From: Thermoanaerobaculia bacterium
GTDB lineage: Bacteria > Acidobacteriota > Thermoanaerobaculia > Multivoradales > UBA5704
Direction of reading: 5' to 3'
Assembly (NCBI GenBank): GCA_044226625.1
Contig: JBGAGQ010000046.1
Location: forward strand, 1-51,868
Length of the DNA: 51,868 nucleotides
In this document: piece after piece, positions 10,683 to 20,341 of the stretch
Layout of the letters: the number at the start of each line of letters is the position of its first letter
Numbering within the stretch: the first letter of the stretch is position 1
Position numbers and translations under genes: made by a program
The notes under the pieces: generated by a model
What the model was told of the DNA's origin: nothing
The model's database searches: none
What the model saw: the letters and a program-made list of their open reading frames with translations, nothing else

Positions 10683-11198
10683 ATGTTGATCCTCGGACTC
10701 GATCCCGGCAGCCTCCACACCGGCTTCGGCCTGATCGACAAGCGGGGCTCCAAGCTGGTCGCGATCGAGGCCGGACGGTTTTCCTGCCCACGCGATCTGC
10801 CTCTTCCGCGGCGGCTCGCTTCCCTGGTCGTACGCCTCGAAGAGCTGCTCGACCGGGCGACTCCCGAGGTCGTGGCGGTCGAGGCGCCGTTCCACGGGGC
10901 GAACCATCGCTCGCTCATCGTGCTCGCCCAAGCGCGGGGCGCGCTCCTCGCCTCGGTCGCTCGCCGGGGCCTCGAGGTCGCCGAGTACAGCCCGGCGGAG
11001 GTCAAGTCGGCCGTCGCCGGCAACGGCCGCGCCGACAAGGCTCAGGTCGCTCGCATGGTCAGTCTGATCTTGGGTGCCTCGGGTCGTTGGGCGACCGACG
11101 CCACCGATGCCCTCGCGGTCGGCGTCTGTTGCGCGCAGCGTCTCCGCCTCGACCGCCTGAGCGCGCGGCCCGAGCCGCCGACGCGATCCGCCAAGTAG
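10683..11198 (+). CDS. ruvC: Holliday junction endonuclease
   Basis: ILGLDPG, VAVE, LAQARG, YSPAEVKSAVAGNGRADKAQV, DATDALAV; directly follows yebC. Confidence 0.96.
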   Translation: MLILGLDPGSLHTGFGLIDKRGSKLVAIEAGRFSCPRDLPLPRRLASLVVRLEELLDRATPEVVAVEAPFHGANHRSLIVLAQARGALLASVARRGLEVAEYSPAEVKSAVAGNGRADKAQVARMVSLILGASGRWATDATDALAVGVCCAQRLRLDRLSARPEPPTRSAK

Positions 11199-11233
11199 TT
11201 TTGGTTGTTTGGCTTTAGCTTTGCGGCGCTCGG

Positions 11234-11263
11234 TTGACCCTCGCTTGGCGGGCGTGCTAGCTT
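11234..11263 (+). promoter_or_regulatory. Putative sigma70 promoter for the DUF4388 gene
   Basis: TTGACC-N18-TAGCTT with extended -10 TG, preceded by a T-rich stretch. Confidence 0.5.
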
Positions 11264-11312
11264 GCCGCTTTCCGCTGACACGACCCGCTTAAGTGGACTA
11301 GGATCATCCCTG

Positions 11313-12131
11313 ATGGCCTTCCAAGGCTCGCTCAAAGAGCTGCCGCTTCCTGACATCATCCAGCTCGTCTCCGTGTCGGGCAAGACGGGGGTTTTTTCCC
11401 TCACCCGCGACGGCGACGCGAGCGGCGAGATCTACCTGCGCGGCGGCCAGATCGTCCACGCGCATTCGGGCGATCTCGAGGGTGAGGAAGCGGTCTACGA
11501 GCTCGCGATCTGGCCCGAGGGTGAGTTTCTCTTCACCGCCGGCAAAGAGACCGACCGGACGACGATCCAGAAGTCGAACACCAACCTCCTGATGGAGGCG
11601 GCGCGCCGGATCGACGAATGGCAGGTGCTGTCGAAGCGAATTCCCTCGACCCGTCTGGTGCCGGTTTTCACTCAGCAGGCGACGACGACGTCGGTTTCGC
11701 TGACGCCGCACGAGTGGACCCTGATCTGCAAGATCGACGAACGCCGTTCGATCGAGGAGATCGCGGTCGGCCTGGGACTGAGCCCGTTCGAGACCTGCAA
11801 GCTGCTCTACGGCCTGATCACCTCCGGTCTCGTGGCGCTCAAAGAAGATTTCACCAAGCTGCGGACCGACCGGCTGCTCCGAATGGACGCCTCCGCGCTC
11901 GCCGAGGTGAATGAGGCGATTCACGGTCAGGCCCGCGCGCTCCTTTCGGCCCATCCCAAGCAGGGCGATCTCGAGGCCGCGTTGCGCATGAGCAAGACGG
12001 GGCTCGAGGCGGGGCGAGGATTCGAGGCGGTGCTCGACCTCGTGCGCGCCGACGAGAAGGTCGTCTCGGCCGCTCTCGGTCCGAACCAGTCGAAAGCGTT
12101 CCTCGATCGCGTGGCCCAGCTCCTCGCTTGA
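11313..12131 (+). CDS. DUF4388 (PatA-N-like) domain protein
   Basis: MAFQGSLKELPLPDIIQLVSVSGKTG...GEIYLRGGQIVHA...GEEAVYEL...LLMEAARRIDEW, followed by a wHTH-like segment (LTPHEW...LYGLITSGLV). Confidence 0.85.
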   Translation: MAFQGSLKELPLPDIIQLVSVSGKTGVFSLTRDGDASGEIYLRGGQIVHAHSGDLEGEEAVYELAIWPEGEFLFTAGKETDRTTIQKSNTNLLMEAARRIDEWQVLSKRIPSTRLVPVFTQQATTTSVSLTPHEWTLICKIDERRSIEEIAVGLGLSPFETCKLLYGLITSGLVALKEDFTKLRTDRLLRMDASALAEVNEAIHGQARALLSAHPKQGDLEAALRMSKTGLEAGRGFEAVLDLVRADEKVVSAALGPNQSKAFLDRVAQLLA

Positions 12132-12188
12132 TGAACCGTCGGCCCGCGCCGGCTCTCTCCTGCCGCTCTCGACCTTGATTCGAAACCG

Positions 12189-15100
12189 CTAGATCTCGAC
12201 CTCGAAGATCTTTCCGACGGCGAGAAACCAGAGCTCGAAACGAGGTGTCTCGGAGAGACCGAGCGCCTCTCGGACCGCGCGGACGTAGAGCCCGCCTTGG
12301 GACGCGTAGGCCGCGGCCCGCGCGGTGAGCTCGACGTCGTCCCGTACCTCGTCCGTCTTGTAGTCGGCCACCACGTAGCGGCCGCCCCCCTCCTCTCGAT
12401 ACAGCAGATCGATCGCGCCGGAAATGAAGCCGATCGGACCCGGATCGTCCGGAAAGTCGGCCGCGGGAGGGAGCAATACCGGAAGCTCGCGCGCGACGAT
12501 GCGTGGCGCGATGGCCCGGAGGCGCTCGACCAAGGGGCTCGCGGCGAAGGCTTCGATCGAGGCCCTGGCGCGGACGACCGCCGCCTCCCGAATGCCCGGT
12601 TCGAGGCCGAGGGCCGCGAGACTTTCGGATAGGCGCCCGATCTGGCGTTCTCTCTCCGCGGCCACCTCCTCTGCCAGGTCCCAGGTCTCGATCGCCCGAT
12701 GGACGGCGGTCCCGGCGGCCATCGCGGCATCTCGAGAGCCCTCGGGCGCGATCGGCTCGTCCGAAGCCGAACGACCCAAGGCGGGCGATCCAGCGGGACT
12801 CTCCTCGAGGAGATCGCTCCGCTCGGCCCAGAGGTCGCCCAGCCGCTCGCGCAGCCGTTCGTGGGCCTCCTCCGAAGCGCGACCCGAAATCCGCCGTGCC
12901 TGGCGTTCCGTGGCGCGCCGGCGACGTTCCGCCAGCTCGCGCGCGGCGGCCGCGACCTCTCCGGCGGTCCCATACGGCGGCAGGACGTCGGTGGTGCCTC
13001 CCGGGATCGCAGCCGACGAAGCGGGCGCCTCGTCCAAGCCGGGGAAGCGCCAGAGCACGCCATCGCCGTCGATCCACGATGAGTTCCCCGCTTCGCCGGT
13101 CCGAAGCTCCTCCCAGAGGGCGGCGAGATCGGGTCGGCCCGGTCGGGCGGTCAGGAGGTGAAGGTGAGAGCGTGCCCGATCGGCGAGATGCTCGGGATCG
13201 GATCCGGCCTCGGGGCTCACGTCCCGTTCGGACCAGAGTCCGGAGATCACGAGCCGCACCTTCGCCCGGGTGAGCGCCACGTAGAGCGTGCGAACCCGTT
13301 CGGCCGCCTCGACCGCGGCGCGCTCGGTTTCGACCTCGGCGAATCCAGGCGTGGCCGCGCCGAACAGGCGCGCCTCCCAGCGAGACTCCGTCTCCAGCCC
13401 GCCGACCTGCCCGACCGCCGTGCCGCCCTCGTTGTCTGCCGGGGGCTGCCGGTGGGCCTGAAGCAGGTAGACGTGCTCGAAGTCGAGCCCTTTGGCACCG
13501 TGGATCGTCAGCACCGACACGGCCGCCTCCTCCCCATCGGGCCGCGCCTCCTCGGCGTCGAGGCTCTCGGTGATGCTCCGTCGCAGCACTCGCAACAGGG
13601 CGCCCGCGTCCCCCTCTTCCTCGAACGCGTCGAGCAGACGGCGGAAGAAACGATCGAGGTTCGCCAGTCGATAGGGGCCCAGGTAGCGCGCCGCCTCCGT
13701 CGGCTCGAGGAGCGAGAGGCGGCGGAGCTTTTCCACGAACAGGTCGGCGGCATCGGTCGCGAACGATTGGCGCATCGCCGCCAGAGCCGCCATCGCCGCC
13801 TCGAGGCTTCGAGGCCAGCCGGCGATCTCGGCAAGGCCGGGCACGTCGCGGGGCGCCGCGGCTGCCGCCTCGACCGCGAGCGCCCCGATCTTCGCGAGCG
13901 TCTCCGCAGTGCGCACGGGATCGGATCCCAGCTCGCTTGCGAGGCGCGGGAAGCTTCGGGCCCAAAGTGGGATCAGCGCGGCGTCCGGCACTCCGACCGC
14001 CGCGGAACGGAGCCAGGTGAGGAGCGCCAGATGGTCGCCGGGATCGAGCACCGTGCGCACCAGGGCGGAGGCTTCGATGATCTCGCGCCGCCGGTAATAC
14101 TGCCGGTCCCGCCCGACCGCGAACGGGATCCGCCGTGCGCGCAAGGCCTCGAGCACGGTCTCGACCGAGCCGAAACCGCGCAGGAGGATGCCGAACGAGC
14201 TCCAGGCGACGCCCTCCCGTTCGTGAAGCTCCGCGATATCCCGGGCGACGGCGGCGGCCTCGAGCTCGGTTGCCACGGCGAGGGGCGTCCTCACGAAACC
14301 GGGAATCTCGGGCTCTTCGCGACGCCAGAGCACCCAATGCTCGACCGGTCGGCGGCCGGAGGTGGCGAATCCCTCCTCCTCGTCCATTCGGGCGCAGGCG
14401 AGCAGCGGCTGGAAGGCCGGCTGGAGACCGGCCCGCTCATGCATGACCGGCGCGACGACGGCCTCGACCTCGGAGAGGATGATGGGCACCGAACGGAAGT
14501 TCTCCACCAGCGGCCGGACGACACCACCCATCGCGTGGACCCGGTCCACGAACCCCGAATAGGCGGCGAGGTCGGCGCTGCGCCAACCGTAGATCGACTG
14601 CTTCGGATCCCCGACCAGGAAGAGTCCCGGCCGCGGCGCCTCCGGCGTCGCCGAATCGGGGAGGGCGAGCGCCGAGAGCAGCGCGCACTGCCGACGGTCG
14701 GTGTCCTGAAACTCGTCGACCAGCAGCTGATCGATCCGGGCGCGCGCCTCGCGCCGTACGCCGGGATGGTTCTCGAGCAGGCGCGCGGCCCCGTCGAGCA
14801 GCGACTGGAACGTCGCGGCTCCCCGCGCGCGCATAGAGGCCTGGACCGTCGCGAGCAGCGGCGCCAGGGCTCGGCGAGCGGCGGAAAGGAGCTCGACGTC
14901 GAGGCCGGAAAGGAAGCGCGCGGCGCGCCGAAGCCGGCCTGCGCACGCGGCGACCGCGTCGAGCCGCCCGGAGAAGTGCGAGTCCTCCGCCTGGTTGAAG
15001 CGCCCTTTCTCCCAGGTTCCCAGATGGCTTACGAGGTTCTCGGTCAGTAGCTCGGCGCAGGCGGGGCCCAAGTCGAGGAGGTCCGCCGCCTCGAGCTCCG

Positions 15101-15968
15101 AAAAGCGCGACCTCAAGGCACCCACCGCGGCCACGATCTTTTCCGCGTTCGGCGCCCGCCCCTTGATGCGGCCGGGCGACAGATCGGCGAGCTCGCGCAT
15201 CGCGTCGAGAAAACCGCGGGCGAGCGCCGCGGCCCCGGGTCCCGCGAGCGGATCGGCGAGCAACGCCGAGGCGGGCAGCCCCTCGCGGGCGAGGATCAGC
15301 AGCGCCTCGACCAGCTCGCGCGGACCCAGCCCTCGCGCGGCGAGAGTCAGGAGGTCGGGATCGCCCGGCTCACCGTAGCCGGATCTCATCGCGGCTTCGA
15401 CCGCCTCTTGCACCGCCTCGTCGAGCAAGCTCCCGTCGGCGTCGACGGTGAGCACGGGGTGGACTCCCGCTTCGAGCGGGTGCTCGGCCAACAGGCGACG
15501 ACAGAACGCGTGGATGGTCGAGACGTTCAGTTGGTCCAACGTAGCGAGCAGCGCCCAAGCTCGCCGCACCCTTTCAGCCTCGGGCGGGAGGGCCGCCGCT
15601 TCGAGCCAGCCGGGGACGCGGCCGAACCCCTTGGCCACGTCGGCGAGGTCGCGCGCCGCCCGGTGGGCCATCTCGGCCGCCGCCGCCTCGGTGAAGGTGA
15701 TCGCCACCACTCGGGAGAGCACCTCGGCCGCGATCCGTTCGTCGTCGATCTCCGGCTTTGCCCCTCCCGCCTCCGCGGCCCTCGTTTCGAGCCTTCGGGC
15801 CGCCCGTTCCCATCCCGGGCCGAGCGTCCAGGCGAGCAGGCGGGCGACCAGGGTCGTGGTCTTGCCCGTTCCGGCGCCCGCTTCGAGCACCAAGGGCCGA
15901 TGGAACTCGGTTTGTGCCAACCTGCGGGCGGCCCGGTCGGATTCGAGGAGCGCCACGCGGTCGATCAT
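12189..15968 (-). CDS. addA: AddA/RecB-like UvrD helicase-nuclease
   Basis: Walker A EAGAGTGKTT, AITFTEAAAAEM, STIHAFC, LVDEFQDT, VGDPKQSIY, ENFRS, TIHGAKGLDF, YVALTRAK and C-terminal nuclease GAIDLLY...VADYKT. ATGA overlap with addB; start ATG 15968. Confidence 0.88.
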   Translation of the reverse strand: MIDRVALLESDRAARRLAQTEFHRPLVLEAGAGTGKTTTLVARLLAWTLGPGWERAARRLETRAAEAGGAKPEIDDERIAAEVLSRVVAITFTEAAAAEMAHRAARDLADVAKGFGRVPGWLEAAALPPEAERVRRAWALLATLDQLNVSTIHAFCRRLLAEHPLEAGVHPVLTVDADGSLLDEAVQEAVEAAMRSGYGEPGDPDLLTLAARGLGPRELVEALLILAREGLPASALLADPLAGPGAAALARGFLDAMRELADLSPGRIKGRAPNAEKIVAAVGALRSRFSELEAADLLDLGPACAELLTENLVSHLGTWEKGRFNQAEDSHFSGRLDAVAACAGRLRRAARFLSGLDVELLSAARRALAPLLATVQASMRARGAATFQSLLDGAARLLENHPGVRREARARIDQLLVDEFQDTDRRQCALLSALALPDSATPEAPRPGLFLVGDPKQSIYGWRSADLAAYSGFVDRVHAMGGVVRPLVENFRSVPIILSEVEAVVAPVMHERAGLQPAFQPLLACARMDEEEGFATSGRRPVEHWVLWRREEPEIPGFVRTPLAVATELEAAAVARDIAELHEREGVAWSSFGILLRGFGSVETVLEALRARRIPFAVGRDRQYYRRREIIEASALVRTVLDPGDHLALLTWLRSAAVGVPDAALIPLWARSFPRLASELGSDPVRTAETLAKIGALAVEAAAAAPRDVPGLAEIAGWPRSLEAAMAALAAMRQSFATDAADLFVEKLRRLSLLEPTEAARYLGPYRLANLDRFFRRLLDAFEEEGDAGALLRVLRRSITESLDAEEARPDGEEAAVSVLTIHGAKGLDFEHVYLLQAHRQPPADNEGGTAVGQVGGLETESRWEARLFGAATPGFAEVETERAAVEAAERVRTLYVALTRAKVRLVISGLWSERDVSPEAGSDPEHLADRARSHLHLLTARPGRPDLAALWEELRTGEAGNSSWIDGDGVLWRFPGLDEAPASSAAIPGGTTDVLPPYGTAGEVAAAARELAERRRRATERQARRISGRASEEAHERLRERLGDLWAERSDLLEESPAGSPALGRSASDEPIAPEGSRDAAMAAGTAVHRAIETWDLAEEVAAERERQIGRLSESLAALGLEPGIREAAVVRARASIEAFAASPLVERLRAIAPRIVARELPVLLPPAADFPDDPGPIGFISGAIDLLYREEGGGRYVVADYKTDEVRDDVELTARAAAYASQGGLYVRAVREALGLSETPRFELWFLAVGKIFEVEI

Positions 15969-18900
15969 GGCTCCTCTCCGCGAGGCTCCGGCGCCGCGAG
16001 CCTCCACACGCCGAGGAGCGAGCGCTCGGCGGCATCCATCGCCTCGCCCCGGACCGTCCATTCGAAAAGCCTGCGGCGGGCGCCCGAATCACCGCGCAGG
16101 CAGGCTTCGGCCACCTCACAGTACTCGCAGCGCCGAGGCTCTTTTTGGCCCGCGGGATCGACAACCCGGGGAAAGAAGGTACCCCCGGAATGGGCCGCGA
16201 GGCCGGCGGAGACGGCGCGGTCGAACGCCGCGTCGATTTCCGGATCCGCTTCGATCGCGAACTCGCGGACGTCGACCTCCGGTTTGAGGTAGTAGTAGCG
16301 GCCGACGGCCCCGAGCCCCGCGGAGCGGCGATAGGCGGCCGCCTGGAGCAGCGCGCCGGAGGCGACCTTCGCCACCAGATCCGCCCGTCGTCTCTCCGGC
16401 CGCTTCTTCTCGGAAAGAGGGCGGCCGGTCTTCCAATCGGTAAACAGTGGTGCGCCGTCCGGCAGGCGATCCTCGCGGTCGGCGCGAAATGCCAGGACGC
16501 GCAGAGCGCCGGTCGCGGGATCGGCCACCTCGACCTTGCCGGCCACCTCCGTTCGGACCAGCTCGTGCCTCCAGGGCTCGCGCGCGGCCTCGAGGTAGGG
16601 GCGCGCCCGCTCCGCGAGCGCCCGGCCGAGCCCCGGAAGGGCGATCCCCTCGACGCGAACCATCTGAGCGGCTTCCGCACGGAGAATCGGCTCGATCTCC
16701 TCGTCGGAAGGCCAACCGTCCGCTCCGCGCTGGGCCAGCCGATCGAGCACGGCGTGGATCAGGTTGCCGAGTAGCCGGGCATCGAGACCCGGCAACGCCT
16801 GCAGCGGATCGGGCGTCGGCTCGATCGAGAGCAGTCGCGACAGGAAGAACTGCCAGGGGCAGCCGTCCAGCCGTTCGAGATGGGTCACGGCGAGCTCGCG
16901 GCGACGCGGATCGAGCTCATCTCCGCGTGGCCCCGCTTGGAGGGCGCCGACGAATCCGAACCAGGGACCGAGCCGGCGGTCCGTCGCGCGTCCTTCCGGT
17001 GTGCGGAGATCCGGGTCGAGCTCGGAAAGCGCCGCGATCCGGGCTTTCGCGGTGGCTGCGGGCTCCAGGACGCCGAGCTCCGGCGAGCTCTCGGCCAGCG
17101 TCGCGGCGAGAAGCTCTCCGTAGTGGCCACGCGGGCCGTGGAGCGCCGCGAGCGTCGAGTGCTCCCAGGCTGGACGCAGGAGGGCGGCCGAGCGCGGACC
17201 GATCGGCGCCGTGCGGTCCGCCGCGGCGAACAGGCCCGGGGCGCGGGCCACGCCGCCGGCTTCGAAGACGATCCGCTCGACCAGCGGAGACGCCGCGCGG
17301 GGCCTTCCGTCGTCGTCGGCGCTCTGCCAGGATAGGGTGACCCCCGGAGCGGCCGACAACAGCTGGGCGAATAGATGTCGCTCCTCGTCGAAGCCGGTCC
17401 GCTTCTCCGCGAGATCCGGCAACAGACGCCGCAGAACGCGGCGGAGCGAATCGGGCAACAAGGGATCCTCGCGCACCGGTCGGGGGAACGCGTCGCGGGA
17501 GAGACCCAGGACATACAGGTGGTCGAACGTCCGGGAACGGGCCTCGGTGACCGAAAGCACGGGAACGCCGGCGCCGCCGTTGCCTCCGAAACTGCCCTTT
17601 CCCAGGCGGGAGAACGCCTCGGAGACCAGGGCGCCGAGCTCCTCCTTGGTGAGGGGAAAGTCGGCCGGAATCTGACCCGCGAGGGCCTCCAGCGCGGCGA
17701 AGGCATGCGAGATCTCGTCGCCGAGGATCGCTTCGGCGCCGTTCGGTGCGGTCTTCGGGCTCCATCCCAGATCGCCGACCAGCAACGAGCGCAGGCGCCG
17801 GAGATGGGTTTCGGCCGGAGCGGCGGCGGGCCAATGTGCGAGCTTCTCGCTCGCTCGTTTCGCGGCCGCGATGGCCGCGCCGAGCCGCTCGCCGGAAATG
17901 CGCCGCCGCGGCGCGCGGATGCCGGAACCGGTTGCCGGTGAGGCCGCGCCGGGGGACTCCACGATCGGCTCCGCGGGCAGCGGTTCGAGACCTTCGCCCT
18001 CGTCGACCCCCTCGGGCTCGGGATCGCGTTCGGTGCCGGCCGAAAAACCCTGGCGGATCGGCAGGGCGTAGCTGCCCCAGGAATCGAGCAGGCCGTCGAG
18101 ATCGATCTCCGCGGCGTCGCGCAACCGGCCGGCGCCGAGCGCCGCGAACGCCAGACGCAGATCGAAGCCCGGTCGTCCGGCGCCCGCCTGGAGGCGAATC
18201 GCGGCATCGAGCCAGCGCGAAACCGGGGTGTCGCCACCCCGCCGCAAGAGATCTTCGAGCGCCGCGAGGCGCCGGCCCATGGGGGTCTTGCCTCCCGTGG
18301 CCGCGAGGCCGGAATACGGAAGGCCCAGCCGTTCGAAGTGGCGCCGCACGGCGAACCGATAGGGCCCGAGGTCGCGGGCTACCACCCCCAGGCGCTCGGG
18401 GAGCGCGCCGGCGTCGATCCGCGCGCGAAGCCGCAACGCCGCCTCCCGCACCTCGGCATCGGTGCCCGCGGCGATGAACGCCTCGCGTCGCGGCGGCGCG
18501 GGTTCGGGGCCGCGCGCCGAAGGCGTGCCGGTCGCCAGCGCGATCCGGCCGGCCCATCGTTCCGCGAAGGCGCATTCCAGACGGACCTCACCGGTACCGG
18601 ATTCCCCGGCCCGCTGGAAGGAGGGATCGGGCGGCCGGTCGACCAGGACCGTGGCGTCTTTGGCGCGCACGAGCGCCTCGATCAAGTCGGTGGCGAGCCC
18701 CGTCGCATCGGAGAAACCGTGGACGATCACCGCGCGGGCGACGAGTACCGTGGGCCGAGAAAGCAGGACTTGCGTGGCGCGGCGAAACAGATCGGCGATC
18801 CGCGCGGTTTCCAGGCGCTCCATCTCCGCTTGTGTCGCGGCCGCGGCGCGCACGAGCGCGCGCGCCCGCTCGACATCCGTCGCGGTGGCGACTCCCCGGC

Positions 18901-19417
18901 CATCCGAGGCCAACAGCTCGTCGAACGCCTCGGCGTGCGCCGGCTCGAGCCCGGCGTCGAGAAGGTCGCGGATCGTCGCGGCGGCGGCCCCATACCCCTC
19001 GATCAGGTCGTCGAGACCGCGAAACAGCGCCGGCTGCGCCCGGGCCGCGCGGCGCGCCAGGATCTCGAAGAGCGCCCCGCCCACCGACCCCACCGGCTCG
19101 CCGCCAGCTTCCAAGATCTCGAGCGCCAGGGCATGGAGGGTCTGGACGATCAGCCCCGCCGTCGAGCGTCCCCTGTGGCGCATCACCGCCGAGGCGACGT
19201 GAAGACGCAGGCTCTTGGACGGCACCACGACTCGCACCGGGCGGGCCAGGAGCGTGGGATCGCGCTCCGCCGCGGTGAGCAGCGTCTCGATCTCCGCCAT
19301 GAGGACGGCCTCGGTCGCCAGTGCGCCGCGCGCCGCGAGCAGGCGGCCGCTGGGGGGAACGGCGGGGGGGGCAGGAGGCCCGGGGGAGGGACCGAAGAGA
19401 TCGAGCTGTTGCACCAC
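15965..19417 (-). CDS. addB: AddB-like subunit (inactive helicase scaffold + PD-(D/E)xK nuclease with Fe-S staple)
   Basis: No Walker A. EARSRTFDHLYVLGL, GCPWQFFL, GNLIHAVL, FRADRED..TDWKTG and C-terminal CEYCEVAEAC; with the CPW cysteine these give four Cys. Coupled to addA. Confidence 0.82.
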   Translation of the reverse strand: MVQQLDLFGPSPGPPAPPAVPPSGRLLAARGALATEAVLMAEIETLLTAAERDPTLLARPVRVVVPSKSLRLHVASAVMRHRGRSTAGLIVQTLHALALEILEAGGEPVGSVGGALFEILARRAARAQPALFRGLDDLIEGYGAAAATIRDLLDAGLEPAHAEAFDELLASDGRGVATATDVERARALVRAAAATQAEMERLETARIADLFRRATQVLLSRPTVLVARAVIVHGFSDATGLATDLIEALVRAKDATVLVDRPPDPSFQRAGESGTGEVRLECAFAERWAGRIALATGTPSARGPEPAPPRREAFIAAGTDAEVREAALRLRARIDAGALPERLGVVARDLGPYRFAVRRHFERLGLPYSGLAATGGKTPMGRRLAALEDLLRRGGDTPVSRWLDAAIRLQAGAGRPGFDLRLAFAALGAGRLRDAAEIDLDGLLDSWGSYALPIRQGFSAGTERDPEPEGVDEGEGLEPLPAEPIVESPGAASPATGSGIRAPRRRISGERLGAAIAAAKRASEKLAHWPAAAPAETHLRRLRSLLVGDLGWSPKTAPNGAEAILGDEISHAFAALEALAGQIPADFPLTKEELGALVSEAFSRLGKGSFGGNGGAGVPVLSVTEARSRTFDHLYVLGLSRDAFPRPVREDPLLPDSLRRVLRRLLPDLAEKRTGFDEERHLFAQLLSAAPGVTLSWQSADDDGRPRAASPLVERIVFEAGGVARAPGLFAAADRTAPIGPRSAALLRPAWEHSTLAALHGPRGHYGELLAATLAESSPELGVLEPAATAKARIAALSELDPDLRTPEGRATDRRLGPWFGFVGALQAGPRGDELDPRRRELAVTHLERLDGCPWQFFLSRLLSIEPTPDPLQALPGLDARLLGNLIHAVLDRLAQRGADGWPSDEEIEPILRAEAAQMVRVEGIALPGLGRALAERARPYLEAAREPWRHELVRTEVAGKVEVADPATGALRVLAFRADREDRLPDGAPLFTDWKTGRPLSEKKRPERRRADLVAKVASGALLQAAAYRRSAGLGAVGRYYYLKPEVDVREFAIEADPEIDAAFDRAVSAGLAAHSGGTFFPRVVDPAGQKEPRRCEYCEVAEACLRGDSGARRRLFEWTVRGEAMDAAERSLLGVWRLAAPEPRGEEP

Positions 19418-19476
19418 GAGCGAAGGATATCCGGGAACGCGCGCCCCCTTGGCGCCCGCGGATCCGAGCGCGTCGC

Positions 19477-20301
19477 CTACTTGTGGACGATCACCTCGAA
19501 CCCGATCAGCCAGGCGCCGATCAGCAACGCCGGCGCGGCGAACAGAGCGGAGTCCATCCGATCGAGCAGGCCGCCGTGGCCGGGGAGCAGGCTGCCGGAG
19601 TCCTTCACCCCGGCTTCCCGCTTGAACATCGACTCGACCAGGTCACCGACCTGCCCGGCGATCGCGGTGAGGGCGCCGAGCGCGAGGACTCCCACGTCGA
19701 GGCGGTCGAGGCGGCAGACGCTCCACACGCCGGTCGCGATCACGCTCGTCAGGAATCCGGCGATCGCCCCTTCCCAGCTCTTCTTGGGGCTAATGGTCGG
19801 CGCGAGCTTGTGTTTGCCGAAGCGGGAGCCGACGTAAAACGCTCCGGTGTCGCCGAGCCAGATGATGGCGACGAGGAGGAACGTCAGCCAGGGGTCGGTC
19901 CCTTGGATCCGTCCGAAAGCGACCGCGGGTAGCGCCAGATAGACCGTGCCGAAACCGACGATGCCCAGGGCCGGCATCGTCTCGGCCAGCGGGATCCGGG
20001 CCGCGAGCAAGGCGGTCGGTAAGACGATGCCGAGCAGGGCCGCGAAAATCAGCAGAAAGAGCGGCGAGTCGGCGATCCTTCCCGAGGCGACGAGCCAGAG
20101 CCCGATCGCGACGACCGTGAGGGACAGATAGAGCAGGCCGAGCGGCGCCGTGGGGGCGAGCGGTCGGACGATGCGCAGGAATTCGACCGCGCATCCCAAC
20201 ATCATCGCCACCATCAGGGCGAAGAACAGAGGCTCCGGCAAACTGAAATTCGCCCAGAGCGCGAGCGGCACGCCGACCAGCGCGGTGAGAAGGCGCTTCA
20301 A
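19477..20301 (-). CDS. cdsA: Phosphatidate cytidylyltransferase
   Basis: DTGAFYVG..FGKHKLAPTISPKKSWEG, GDLVESMFKREAGVKDSGSLLPGHGGLLDRMDS. Confidence 0.96.
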   Translation of the reverse strand: MKRLLTALVGVPLALWANFSLPEPLFFALMVAMMLGCAVEFLRIVRPLAPTAPLGLLYLSLTVVAIGLWLVASGRIADSPLFLLIFAALLGIVLPTALLAARIPLAETMPALGIVGFGTVYLALPAVAFGRIQGTDPWLTFLLVAIIWLGDTGAFYVGSRFGKHKLAPTISPKKSWEGAIAGFLTSVIATGVWSVCRLDRLDVGVLALGALTAIAGQVGDLVESMFKREAGVKDSGSLLPGHGGLLDRMDSALFAAPALLIGAWLIGFEVIVHK

Positions 20302-20341
20302 CCGTGCGCTCCCCCGGAACGGGGACGAAGGGGATCTGGCC

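Noticed and set aside
15965-16500. Cas4/CRISPR interpretation of the Fe-S PD-(D/E)xK nuclease
   Set aside because: It is the C-terminal domain of AddB, coupled to AddA; no cas genes or repeat-spacer array are in the window.
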